Below, one piece after another: positions 20,801 through 28,861 of a stretch of DNA of 56,559 bases. How positions within the stretch are numbered: the first letter of the stretch is position 1; every line of letters starts with the position of its first letter. The notes under the pieces were generated by a model. The model had not been told where the DNA came from, ran no database searches, and worked only from the letters and a program-made list of their open reading frames with translations. The stretch is from Eubacteriales bacterium (GTDB taxonomy: Bacteria > Bacillota > Clostridia > Oscillospirales > CAG-272). The position numbers and the translations under genes were made by a program. The stretch covers positions 1 through 56,559 of the forward strand of contig JAZOQA010000057.1 in the NCBI GenBank assembly GCA_045655765.1, written 5' to 3'.

Positions 20801-21533
20801 TCTCAACAGGATCGCTATAAGAGGTGACGGGCGGCTTATATTCCTCTTTGCCCGTTACGTCAACACGATCGGTTTTTGAGTTTGAATATACCCACGACTT
20901 GTCAAGAGTAACATATGCAGCTTCCGTAAAGGTAATCTGACCGTCAAGCATAAACTTACGCTCAATGGAGCTGGTGCTGCTTTCATCGGTAACAACGGTG
21001 AAGTATTCAATTTTAATATAATACATTCCGACATTCGAAACGTCGGGAATGCTGAACTGCCAAGTCGCAGTTCCTATTGAGGGGAGATAAACCGAGTTTG
21101 CAATATCATCTTGGTCGAAATCCTCCCAATTTTTTGAATTCTTCTCCATTTCCTCAGCAAAGAAGGGCTTCAGCTTGTAAGTCCCGTCGTCGTTGAATAC
21201 GGGATTGCCCTGCGAGTCGGTCTCGTAAAGAACGCCCGCATTCTCCTTCATTGCATCGTTAGTTCCGTAATTCGAAAACTCGAAGATATCGGAATTGTTC
21301 ACGTCGATGACAATATTGCTCACCGGCTTTTGCTTCTGTTGAGAAGCCCAAGCCTTGAGGTAATCCTCATACGACTTAGTTCCGACGAGGGAGTTCATCT
21401 CGTCGAGAGTGGATGCCGTACCGTTCTCCTTGTATTCGCCGTTGGCTGCACTGACGGTAAGTCCAAGTGCACTAAGAAGCGTCGCAAGGGTAAGAACAAG
21501 ACAAATCACTCTTTGAGTCAATTTTCTTTTCAT
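17823..21533 (-). CDS. giant extracellular solute-binding protein (family-1 SBP fold, C-terminal ~540 aa) behind a ~690-aa N-terminal extension containing two CBM-like beta-sandwich regions
   Basis: Type-I signal peptide (LTVSA/ANG, no lipobox Cys). Residues ~150-340 and ~365-515 resemble CBM6/35-type modules (VRIEAEFPDF...GQWAAYNFYVTKDGMYKISMRF). From ~695 onward the sequence is SBP-like (KIDVWLATG..., GVTYGVPQTMNFAMMFYRMDVL, PETWDDL). Has a GGAGGA RBS. Confidence 0.8.
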   Translation of the reverse strand: MKRKLTQRVICLVLTLATLLSALGLTVSAANGEYKENGTASTLDEMNSLVGTKSYEDYLKAWASQQKQKPVSNIVIDVNNSDIFEFSNYGTNDAMKENAGVLYETDSQGNPVFNDDGTYKLKPFFAEEMEKNSKNWEDFDQDDIANSVYLPSIGTATWQFSIPDVSNVGMYYIKIEYFTVVTDESSTSSIERKFMLDGQITFTEAAYVTLDKSWVYSNSKTDRVDVTGKEEYKPPVTSYSDPVENPGAYVKTVVSYEYEGDKLFRVTKTYTIQADMNNNSMAPEAVAVPAWKTYYFKDSSGYYTDNFMFYMSKGDHEFSLIAERDPVIVKSIELIPAEVKEGDATADSTKSYADYRAEHSAAPVGNGTVRIEAEFPDFVSDSSVAPSNDNTSAATFPTNHSSQLYNVIGENGYSSVGQWAAYNFYVTKDGMYKISMRFLQNALQGMYVCRTIKLAGGEYGLADGTPTVPFKEANDIKYNYSKEWQSEFIGDGKGNAYEFYFEEGVQYTIYLECSLGSLKNSIQRVEASLNVINDCYLQILQLTGADPDENRDYRFDDIMPDVLYNFLVQAKELAAVKSELEALCGTNGSHIAQLDTIALLLLQMGSDRGDNVAKNMGSLKSYLGTLGSWINSSKQSTIMVDAIFFVPANASEQPRESDAGFWESLWFEILSFFASFWVDYDEMGLTTEISDDSQKIDVWLATGRDQSQIWRSMIDAQNGYSNSTGTPAALKLVTGGTLLPSILSGKGPDVYIGLAAADVINYAIRGAVIGMNGNDSHRLDADENKIFVTTHYTYRYETNGNYDYVTVTISSPEKSLKEGAVLVEYAYDENLGEAYYTHLNPDKTTVTVTVTDPKEIAAWKSVKEGAELSFITKPYSDVILTENSPQVLNGEEKQVFTQAAMDTLQLLGVTYGVPQTMNFAMMFYRMDVLANLNIGVPETWDDLLSCLPIIQSNNMSIGVDYISALDFMIYQKGGNLWKYTNSDEYDSKYAGARIDLDSDIALEAFEFVCRLYSDYSFPVAYDAANRFRTGEMPILVGSYCALYNQLVVYATEIEGLWEFCSLPGLFRDADGDGVEEIHYESLAGVGATVILRGCDNLLAAWQFSQWNSNASVQAEYGNRMVALIGPSAKYETANLQAIQDLSWTASEKLAIQDQMSNMCSIVNYPGSYIYNRYMKFAFLDAVNNGANAVEALQNYIDAINSEITRKREEFKDRGIWYVGYKNPTTGEEEIDPTPNA

Positions 21534-21596
21534 TGTTTTTCCTCCGTGTTTTTTTGTGGTGAGGCCTTTCGGTAAAGGTCGCCCTCGCCGACGATG

Positions 21597-21650
21597 TCAC
21601 CAAGCCGCCCCATTCCGTCAAAGACTTTGTAAGGTCGGGCTGCTTGGTGA
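21597..21650 (-). promoter_or_regulatory. long hairpin in the 5' leader of the transporter operon
   Basis: 14-nt arms, tcaccaagccgccc (21597-21610) and gggctgcttggtga (21637-21650), with one mismatch and a 26-nt loop. It lies between the predicted TSS (~21684) and the start codon (21533). Confidence 0.35.
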
Positions 21651-21690
21651 AACCGTCGCACATACCTACGTGCCGCATTTACACGTAAAG

Positions 21691-21719
21691 ATTATAACAT
21701 ACGGGAACTAAAAAGTCAA
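21691..21719 (-). promoter_or_regulatory. sigma-A promoter of the seven-gene transporter operon
   Basis: On the minus strand: TTGACT (21719-21714), 17-nt spacer, TATAAT (21696-21691). Confidence 0.6.
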
Positions 21720-21870
21720 TACTTGCATATCGTGCATAAAATATGTTTTTAAGGTAAAAGGAAGCAAAAAATACCCATTTTTTAGCAATGTAAACTATAG
21801 TTAACATTGAAAAAGTTCGGCAGTTACTCCCCTGTGGCAAAAAGGTAAATGAAAACGACGTTTTAGGCAC

Positions 21871-21902
21871 TAAAAAACACGCATTTCATCAAAAATGCGT
21901 GT
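21871..21902 (-). terminator. intrinsic terminator downstream of mnmA
   Basis: 10-bp stem acacgcattt / aaatgcgtgt, followed on the minus strand by TTTTTTA. It lies ~190 nt after the mnmA stop. Confidence 0.55.
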
Positions 21903-22087
21903 TGACGTAAATTGTATTTACTTATTTTTTGTTGTTTTTGAGTTTTTTTGCTTTGCACAAGGTATATACACACTTTTTGTCTATTTTGCACAATTTGTGA
22001 ACGTTTTTTTCTACACACAGATTCCTTTAAAAAACATACAAAAGTCTCGAAAATACGACGTTTAATCCTTTTTGAGATAAAAATCAA

Positions 22088-23149
22088 TTAAGAAACGGAG
22101 TCTATAAATCCTCCTGCAATAACGGTTTCTCCGTCATAAATCACAGCGGATTGACCCGCAGTAACAGATGGCTGAGGCTTCGAAAGGTGAAGCGTTGCCC
22201 TGCCCTCCGAATGGAAAACAACACGTGCCTCCGTCTGTCTTGCCTGATAGCGAAGCTTGACAAAAGCCGTGCGTTCCTTTCCAAATTCGGGTTCTTTTAT
22301 TCCCGAAAAAACCATACCGGATATGTGTACCGTTCTGCTCATTTTAGGAGACGTGGAAAGCGTCACTGTATTGCGTATTGGGTCAATATCCGTAACAAAG
22401 GCACGCTCGCCCAGTGAAACTCCAAGCCCCTTACGCTGTCCGACAGTATATCTTATTATTCCTTTATGCCGTCCAAGCACCCGACCTGACGCATCCACAA
22501 AATCGCCGCTTGGCGATACTCCTCTTTTTCGTTCAACGAAAGAGGCATAGCCGTCATCAGGGCTTATAAAGCATATCTCCTGACTGTCACCCTTGTCAGC
22601 GGCGGACAGCCCCTCGGTGCGAGCAAGAGCTCGAACGTCGTTTTTTGTGAGCTCCGAAAGCGGGAAAATTATCATTTTCAGCTGTTCTTGAGAAAGCCGC
22701 CAAAGCATATAAGTCTGATCCTTTGAAGGATCCGCCGCTCGTGCAACGGCATACCGCTCCTCACCGCAATCCTCTACTCTTACTACCCTTGCATAATGTC
22801 CTGTGGCAATCTTATCAAAGCCGTGCTCCTTTGCAAACTCACAAAGAAAGTGAAACTTCACCGCTCTGTTGCATATAATGCACGGATTTGGCGTTCTTGC
22901 CGCCGTATACTCGTCAACAAAGCTTTCAACAACCTCACGCTCAAAGGCTTCGGTACAGTCAATAATATGAATGGGAATTCCAAGCTCTCTTGCGGCAAGC
23001 TCCGCCTCGGAGGTCTCAGTGTATTTATGCATTTTTAGCACCGCACCCTCAACCTCAAAGCCCTCGTCCAAAAGCAATCTTGCGGCATAGGTGCTGTCAA
23101 TTCCGCCACTCATACCTAAAAGAACACGCATCGCTTTTCTGTCCGTCAC
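22088..23149 (-). CDS. mnmA: tRNA 2-thiouridine(34) synthase
   Basis: PP-loop LLGMSGGIDSTYAA, the catalytic Cys region PNPCIICNRAVKF, and GHYAR. Confidence 0.92.
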   Translation of the reverse strand: MTDRKAMRVLLGMSGGIDSTYAARLLLDEGFEVEGAVLKMHKYTETSEAELAARELGIPIHIIDCTEAFEREVVESFVDEYTAARTPNPCIICNRAVKFHFLCEFAKEHGFDKIATGHYARVVRVEDCGEERYAVARAADPSKDQTYMLWRLSQEQLKMIIFPLSELTKNDVRALARTEGLSAADKGDSQEICFISPDDGYASFVERKRGVSPSGDFVDASGRVLGRHKGIIRYTVGQRKGLGVSLGERAFVTDIDPIRNTVTLSTSPKMSRTVHISGMVFSGIKEPEFGKERTAFVKLRYQARQTEARVVFHSEGRATLHLSKPQPSVTAGQSAVIYDGETVIAGGFIDSVS

Positions 23150-23241
23150 ACTGTCCCCTCCTCTTTTTTAGTTCTCTTATATAAATTCAGGCTAATAAAT
23201 TCAGGCGGCAAGGAGAATATCCGTATGCCGCCCATTTATCC

Positions 23242-23661
23242 TTATTCTTCCTCACCGTGATCCTTTTCAATTTCAAAATCAACGGGACGTCCTATCTTGC
23301 TGTAATAATCGGCAACGGCACTCTTGACCGCCTCCTCTGCAAGCACGGAGCAATGCACCTTTACAGGCGGAAGCCCCTCGAGTGCCTCAACCACAACGCT
23401 GTTAGTAAGCTTCAGTGCCTCGGAAACACTCTTTCCCTTTATAAGCTCGGTTGCCATAGAGGACGTTGCAATTGCCGCACCGCAGCCAAAGGTCTTGAAC
23501 TTGCAGTCGGTTATAATATCGTTTTCATCTATTTTAAGGTAGATTTTCATTATATCGCCGCACTTGGCGTTTCCTACAGTGCCTACGCCGTCAGCGTTTT
23601 CAATCTCACCTACATTTCTCGGATTTGTGAAATGATCCATCACCTTTTCACTGTATTGCAT
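23242..23661 (-). CDS. nifU: Fe-S cluster assembly scaffold (NifU/IscU type)
   Basis: The three scaffold cysteines are present (NAKCGD, FGCGAAIATSS, VHCSVLAEE). Confidence 0.9.
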   Translation of the reverse strand: MQYSEKVMDHFTNPRNVGEIENADGVGTVGNAKCGDIMKIYLKIDENDIITDCKFKTFGCGAAIATSSMATELIKGKSVSEALKLTNSVVVEALEGLPPVKVHCSVLAEEAVKSAVADYYSKIGRPVDFEIEKDHGEEE

Positions 23662-23677
23662 TTGTTTTTTCCTTTCC

Positions 23678-24853
23678 TCAAATATTGTTCTTTACCGTCT
23701 CCCAAAGAGGACTCATATTACGAAGTCGTTCTACGATGGGCGGAAGCTGTTCTATGATATAGTCTATATCTTCATCTGTATTTTCGTGAGATATTGAAAT
23801 TCTCACAGAGCCGTGTGCCTTTTCGTGCGGAACGCCTGTCGCAAGCAAGACGTGCGAGGCTTCAAGCGATTCAGATGAGCAAGCGGAGCCTGTCGAAACG
23901 CAAATTCCCGCTATATCGAGCCACAAAAGCATACTTTCTCCCTCAATAAACTCAAAACCGACGTTGACGTTGCCCGCAAGGCGGTTTGTCGGGTGTCCGT
24001 TGAGCTTGGAATAAGGAATTTTAGTCAAGGCTTCTATTAAACGATCCCTCATTTTTCTTACACGATCAAGCTCGGGCAGTCTTGCCTTTGCTACCTCAAG
24101 TGCCTTTGCAAGTCCTACTATATAAGGAACGTTTTCGGTTCCGGGACGCTTACGGCGTTCCTGACCTCCGCCCTCAATCAGATTGTTTATAACTGTTCCC
24201 TTACGGATATAGAGCAAGCCAATACCCTTTGGTGCGTGAATTTTATGCCCAGAAATCGAGAGCATATCGACGGGGAGCTTTTTCAAATCTATGTCTACGT
24301 TTCCTACAGCTTGAACCGCATCGGTAAACATAAGTGCACCTACACTGTGAGCAATTTCACAAATCTCGGAAATCGGCTCGATGGTTCCTATTTCATTGTT
24401 TGCATACATAATTGCGACCACAGCGGTTTTTTCACTTACTGCGGCACGAAGTTCATCAAGCCTGACAGTTCCGAACTCATCAACGCCTACGTAAGTAACC
24501 TCAAAGCCCTCCTTTTCAAGAGCCTTGCAGGTATGGAGAACTGCGTGATGCTCTATTGCACTTGTAACAATTTGAGTTCTGCCCTTTGCTCGTCCTCTGT
24601 AAGCTGCACCCCGAATTGCCCAGTTGTCGGACTCGGTGCCGCAGGACGTGAAATAAATCTCGCCCGAGGAGCAGCCGAGTGTCTTGGCAATGCTTGCCCT
24701 CGCTTCATCAAGCATAGCTTTTGCCTCAGCCCCCTTCGAGTGTTGGCTTGAGGGGTTGCCCCACACCGTTTCGAAGCAAGGCTGCATAGCTTCTATAACC
24801 TCACGGCTGACGGGTGTCGTCGCCGCATTGTCAGCATATACGAATTTTGACAT
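23678..24853 (-). CDS. nifS: cysteine desulfurase (NifS/IscS type)
   Basis: PLP lysine SISGHKIHAPKG and active-site STGSACSS. I chose ATG 24853, preceded by AAGGAAA, over the ORF-track ATG 24874. Confidence 0.9.
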   Translation of the reverse strand: MSKFVYADNAATTPVSREVIEAMQPCFETVWGNPSSQHSKGAEAKAMLDEARASIAKTLGCSSGEIYFTSCGTESDNWAIRGAAYRGRAKGRTQIVTSAIEHHAVLHTCKALEKEGFEVTYVGVDEFGTVRLDELRAAVSEKTAVVAIMYANNEIGTIEPISEICEIAHSVGALMFTDAVQAVGNVDIDLKKLPVDMLSISGHKIHAPKGIGLLYIRKGTVINNLIEGGGQERRKRPGTENVPYIVGLAKALEVAKARLPELDRVRKMRDRLIEALTKIPYSKLNGHPTNRLAGNVNVGFEFIEGESMLLWLDIAGICVSTGSACSSESLEASHVLLATGVPHEKAHGSVRISISHENTDEDIDYIIEQLPPIVERLRNMSPLWETVKNNI

Positions 24854-24936
24854 TTTATTTTCCTTATTCGGCATTTTCCCGACTTATTTCATCACTTTTT
24901 TATGTCGTTTTTTGCCGCCTGTTATTTTCTCAGTTT

Positions 24937-24965
24937 ATTGTATACCAATTTTGTGGATTTTTCAA
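24937..24965 (-). promoter_or_regulatory. candidate sigma-A promoter of nifS-nifU-mnmA
   Basis: On the minus strand: TTGAAA (24965-24960), 17 nt, TACAAT (24942-24937). Confidence 0.45.
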
Positions 24966-25077
24966 TAGTTTTCTGTAATTAAATATGTTAATTTTTTGTG
25001 AACAACTCGGGCTAGAGAACGCTTTAAAAAAATGCACAGCCAATTCAAATTAATATGTATTTTTTCCTTAAAAACGC

Positions 25078-25106
25078 TTGACTTTTATGAAATAATACAA
25101 TATAAT
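25078..25106 (+). promoter_or_regulatory. sigma-A promoter of glcK
   Basis: TTGACT (25078-25083), 17 nt, TATAAT (25101-25106). Confidence 0.55.
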
Positions 25107-25159
25107 TGTAATCGTAAAAATCAAACCTTAAAAAAGGTAAAGGAAAGCGAGAAAAAACT

Positions 25160-26122
25160 ATGTATACAATAGGTATTGACCTTGGCGGAACCAATATAGC
25201 TATCGGTCTTTGTGATGAAAATCTTAAAATTGTAGACAAGGCGTCCGTCCCCACAGGTGCTGATCGGGACGGCAAGCTCATAGTAAAGGATATGGCAGAC
25301 CTTTCACGCGCACTCATCGAAAGAAACAACCTTACTCTTGATGACGTTGAGTACGTTGGCATTGCTACCCCCGGTGCTGCAAATGCAAAGACGGGCGTGG
25401 TAGAATATGCAAACAACCTCCCATTCGTTAAATTCCCTATTGCGGATGTATTTAAGGAATTTCTGCCCGTAAAGCAGGTTCTTATCGCAAACGATGCAAA
25501 TGCAGCGGCACTTGGGGAATCTCTCGTAGGCTCGGCAAAGGGCACGTCCACCTCCGTTATGATTACCCTTGGAACTGGTGTCGGCGGCGGAATAGTCATC
25601 GACGGAAAGCTTTTCGGCGGCGGAATCGACGGCTTCGGTGCAGAGCTTGGTCACTCCGTTATAGTTAAGGACGGACGTCAATGCTCTTGCGGAAGACGTG
25701 GCTGCTGGGAGACCTACTCCTCCGCTACCGGTCTTACCAATATGACAAAGGAAAAAATGGCAGAGCTTAAATTCAAGGCTCTTCCCTCTTTGCTCTTTGA
25801 GGAAGCTGAAAAGGAAGGCAAGGTCAGTGCAAGAACAGCCTTCAACGCAATGAGAAGAGGCGACAAGTACGGTGCGGAGCTTGTAAAGGAGTATATAGAA
25901 TACCTTGCTGTGGGAATCACCGATATGATCAACATTTTCCAGCCTGAGGTTCTTTCTATCGGCGGCGGAGTTTCTAACGAAAAGGAATATCTCACAGCTC
26001 CGCTCATCGAAATTGTAAACAACGAGCAGTACACAAGAGCCAACCTTGTAAAAACCAAGATTGTGACCGCAACACTCGGCAACGATGCGGGAATAATCGG
26101 TGCGGCAGGTCTTGGTAAATAA
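25160..26122 (+). CDS. glcK: ROK-family glucokinase
   Basis: GIDLGGTNIA, the ROK signature, and the zinc motif ELGH...CSCGRRGCWETY. Confidence 0.88.
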   Translation: MYTIGIDLGGTNIAIGLCDENLKIVDKASVPTGADRDGKLIVKDMADLSRALIERNNLTLDDVEYVGIATPGAANAKTGVVEYANNLPFVKFPIADVFKEFLPVKQVLIANDANAAALGESLVGSAKGTSTSVMITLGTGVGGGIVIDGKLFGGGIDGFGAELGHSVIVKDGRQCSCGRRGCWETYSSATGLTNMTKEKMAELKFKALPSLLFEEAEKEGKVSARTAFNAMRRGDKYGAELVKEYIEYLAVGITDMINIFQPEVLSIGGGVSNEKEYLTAPLIEIVNNEQYTRANLVKTKIVTATLGNDAGIIGAAGLGK

Positions 26123-26160
26123 TCCGACAATATGTTGCAAATTCTATAATAAAACAAAGA

Positions 26161-26200
26161 AAAGCACGAAGAAACACAAGGTTTCTTCGTGCTTTTTGCA
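26161..26200. terminator. bidirectional intrinsic terminator (glcK / ABC exporter)
   Basis: 15-bp perfect stem aaagcacgaagaaac / gtttcttcgtgcttt, loop acaag, followed by TTGCATTTT. Confidence 0.75.
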
Positions 26201-26223
26201 TTTTATCAATTAATTGACGAGGC

Positions 26224-28167
26224 TTAGAACGGCACGTGGTCGGTGTAATCTACGCCCGTATATCTTTGTGCCTGCGTTGAGAACAGGCGGAAATATTTGC
26301 CCCTGTTTGCCATAAGCTCCTCGTGCGTTCCGACCTCTGCCACCTCACCCCAATCAAGCACAACGATTTTGTCGGCGGTGGTAGCACTTGAGAGCCTGTG
26401 AGAGACGAAAATCGTAATTTTATCCTTTGAAAGCTCGGAGAAGCGGTCGAAAACGTCCTTTTCCGCAATGGGGTCAAGCGAAGCTGTCGGCTCGTCGAGA
26501 ATGAGGATGTCGGAATCCTTATAGAACGCTCTTGAAATAGAAAGCTTCTGCCACTGTCCTATGGAAAGCTCGATGCCGTCCTCCTCGAAAAATCGAGTCA
26601 GAGGCGTGTCAAAGCCACGTGGCAGCTTCTCTATAAACTCTGCGGAATTTCCTCGCACTGCTGCTTTTTCAACGTCTTTACGCTCGTGCGTACGCTTCAC
26701 GTCGCCGAACTCTATGTTTTCCGCTACGCTTTCGGCGTATTTTCCAAAATCTTGGAATACTATACCGAACATTTCATAAAGGGCTTTCGTATCATACTCA
26801 CGTATGTCGTGTCCGTCAAGTAAAATCACACCCTCAGTAGGGTCATAAAGGCGGGTGATGAGCTTGATAAGAGTTGTCTTGCCCGCACCGTTAAGACCGA
26901 CGAGAACAACCGATTCCGACGGTTCAAAGGTGAGGTTTACGTTTTTAAGAACGTATCTATTTGTGCCGGGATATGCAAAGGATACATTTTTAAGCTCGAT
27001 TTTATGAGGAACTCCACGCTTTGGTATAAGCGGCTCGGAGACTGTGGGAACAACGGTTGACTCCTCCTTCATAAACTCCATCATATTGTCTATGAAAAGA
27101 GTTCCCTCATAGATTGTTGCGGTAGCACTGACAAGTGTAGAAACGTGTCCCGCAATAGATGTCAAAGCTCCTGTGTAAAGAGAATAATCTCCTATTTGTC
27201 CACCCCCGAAAACTATGGTGTATGCTACGTACAAGAACAGCAAGCAGGTAGCAAGAACCGAGAGAAGACCTATCACCGTTTGCGATATTCCCTCACGGAT
27301 TATAAGGCGCTTTAAGCCTTTATAATACTTTTTAAAGACAGACTCGTATTTATCGGTAAAGGTGTCGCCAAGTCCAAGGAGCTTTACCTCCTTTGCCATA
27401 TCCTTATTAACCATAATTGCAGAATAATACTGCATTTGTCTACGCTCCTTTGAATGGAAGCGTATGTATCGGAAATTTCGGTTGCGGTAAAGGTAATTGA
27501 CAAGTGCGCCGGGAATTGATGCTAAAATTATAACGACAGGTGCAAAAGGATTCAAGGTAGCTAAAACGACTATAAACGATACAACGCTGATAGCAGAGCT
27601 TATAACCTTAAACGTCGCACTCAAAATGCCTATCGGTCGCATACTCGCTTCCCTATTGGCGTTCTCCAGCTTCTCATAAAACTCCGGACGGTCAAAGGAG
27701 CGTAAATCAACGGTCTTTGACTTGGTCAAAATCTTCAGCTTTATATGATTGGTTACAAGCTCACCGGCAATGCCCGTCACCATAGAGTGAAGCCTGCCAA
27801 CAAGCTTACTTAAGAAAAGATAGATGAAGTAAAGGAGGAAAAGGAACATAAGAGGTCTCATAGTGACAAACAGATTTTCAAGAAGACTGTCCTTTGCCAC
27901 CGAGCCGATAAGGGGAGCTATAAGGTTTAAAAGCTCACTTGTTATATACGCACCGACAACTGGTAAAAGTCCCTCAAGCAGACAGAAAAAAGCCATCAAA
28001 ATAAGGATGGCTGGAGCAGTCTGCCACACGAGACCTATTATGTAGAAAAGACGGGTAAGAAATCCGCCTATACGCTTGAAAATATATGCGGGGAGTTGCT
28101 TTATGGATTCGGGTTTCTTTACACCGTCGTTCATTTTATTCATTCGAGGAGGTCCGAAGCCGTGCAT
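26224..28167 (-). CDS. ABC exporter, fused permease + ATPase (multidrug/peptide-export type)
   Basis: N-terminal six-TM domain. Walker A GLNGAGKTT, signature LSIGQWQKLSISRA, Walker B ILILDEPTASLD. Confidence 0.88.
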   Translation of the reverse strand: MHGFGPPRMNKMNDGVKKPESIKQLPAYIFKRIGGFLTRLFYIIGLVWQTAPAILILMAFFCLLEGLLPVVGAYITSELLNLIAPLIGSVAKDSLLENLFVTMRPLMFLFLLYFIYLFLSKLVGRLHSMVTGIAGELVTNHIKLKILTKSKTVDLRSFDRPEFYEKLENANREASMRPIGILSATFKVISSAISVVSFIVVLATLNPFAPVVIILASIPGALVNYLYRNRNFRYIRFHSKERRQMQYYSAIMVNKDMAKEVKLLGLGDTFTDKYESVFKKYYKGLKRLIIREGISQTVIGLLSVLATCLLFLYVAYTIVFGGGQIGDYSLYTGALTSIAGHVSTLVSATATIYEGTLFIDNMMEFMKEESTVVPTVSEPLIPKRGVPHKIELKNVSFAYPGTNRYVLKNVNLTFEPSESVVLVGLNGAGKTTLIKLITRLYDPTEGVILLDGHDIREYDTKALYEMFGIVFQDFGKYAESVAENIEFGDVKRTHERKDVEKAAVRGNSAEFIEKLPRGFDTPLTRFFEEDGIELSIGQWQKLSISRAFYKDSDILILDEPTASLDPIAEKDVFDRFSELSKDKITIFVSHRLSSATTADKIVVLDWGEVAEVGTHEELMANRGKYFRLFSTQAQRYTGVDYTDHVPF

Positions 28168-28197
28168 TTTTTATATATCACCACTTTCGCTTTTAAA

Positions 28198-28797
28198 TCA
28201 ACCTTTATTAAACTTTATACAAGCGGAGAACAGTACGATTAGCTGTCCCGGAATACCGACAAGATAAAGCTGCCACAAATTCGCTCCGACGTAAACAATA
28301 AAAATCACGTGGAGTGCTGCAATCAGTGTCCAGATAAGCAAAGAGACTATAAGAAAATTCATTCGCCTAATGCCCCAGATGGAATTAAAGACAAGTGCCA
28401 CCACGCACGAAAGCATAGGCGCACAGACATATACCGTCCAAGGAGACTTAACTTTGCAATTTGAAAAGATGACAAACAAAAGAACAACGCCCAACCAAAC
28501 GAGCAAAACGGCAAGGGTGGAAATTATAAAATGATTTTTTCTTTTAATCTCTGAGAGTGCATTGCTCGGCACCTCGTCGGCCGAGTGCTTTTTAGTCAAA
28601 AGATAGTCCACGCTGACACCGAAATAGTCGGCAATCTGCTTCAAAACCATAACGTCGGGGACAGCCTCGCCTCTCTCCCATTTTGAGACAGCCTTATCCG
28701 AATAATTAAGGATGTCCGCAAGCTTGCTTTGCGTTATATTAGTCGCTTGACGCAATGCGGTTATATTGTATGCTATTGCTTCTCTTACTTCGGACAT
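28198..28797 (-). CDS. XRE-family HTH regulator with a C-terminal four-TM membrane domain
   Basis: HTH_3 motif (ITQSKLADILNYSDKAVSKWERGEAVPDVMVLKQIADYFGVSVDYLL), followed by hydrophobic segments. Confidence 0.8.
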   Translation of the reverse strand: MSEVREAIAYNITALRQATNITQSKLADILNYSDKAVSKWERGEAVPDVMVLKQIADYFGVSVDYLLTKKHSADEVPSNALSEIKRKNHFIISTLAVLLVWLGVVLLFVIFSNCKVKSPWTVYVCAPMLSCVVALVFNSIWGIRRMNFLIVSLLIWTLIAALHVIFIVYVGANLWQLYLVGIPGQLIVLFSACIKFNKG

Positions 28798-28861
28798 AGA
28801 GCGTCTCCTTTCTTTAATATAATAAATATTTTACCACATTTTTTTGAACTTTTCAATAGAA

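Noticed and set aside
21995-22008. cre-like (CcpA) site TGTGAACGTTTTTT, and the palindrome cacaatttgtg (21989-21999), between mnmA and the transporter operon
   Set aside because: Only the left cre half-site matches the consensus. It lies ~280 bp upstream of the predicted promoter and inside the mnmA 3' region, so the evidence is too weak to call.
21472-22087. Small ORFs (68, 63 and 74 aa) in the spacer between mnmA and the transporter operon
   Set aside because: They overlap the predicted leader, promoter and terminator. Their sequence is AT-rich and low-complexity (Lys/Phe/Ile-rich) with no RBS.
25045-26157. Minus-strand ORFs (184, 278 and 147 aa) overlapping glcK
   Set aside because: The glcK frame carries unambiguous ROK motifs. 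The antisense ORFs are low-complexity and lack translation signals.
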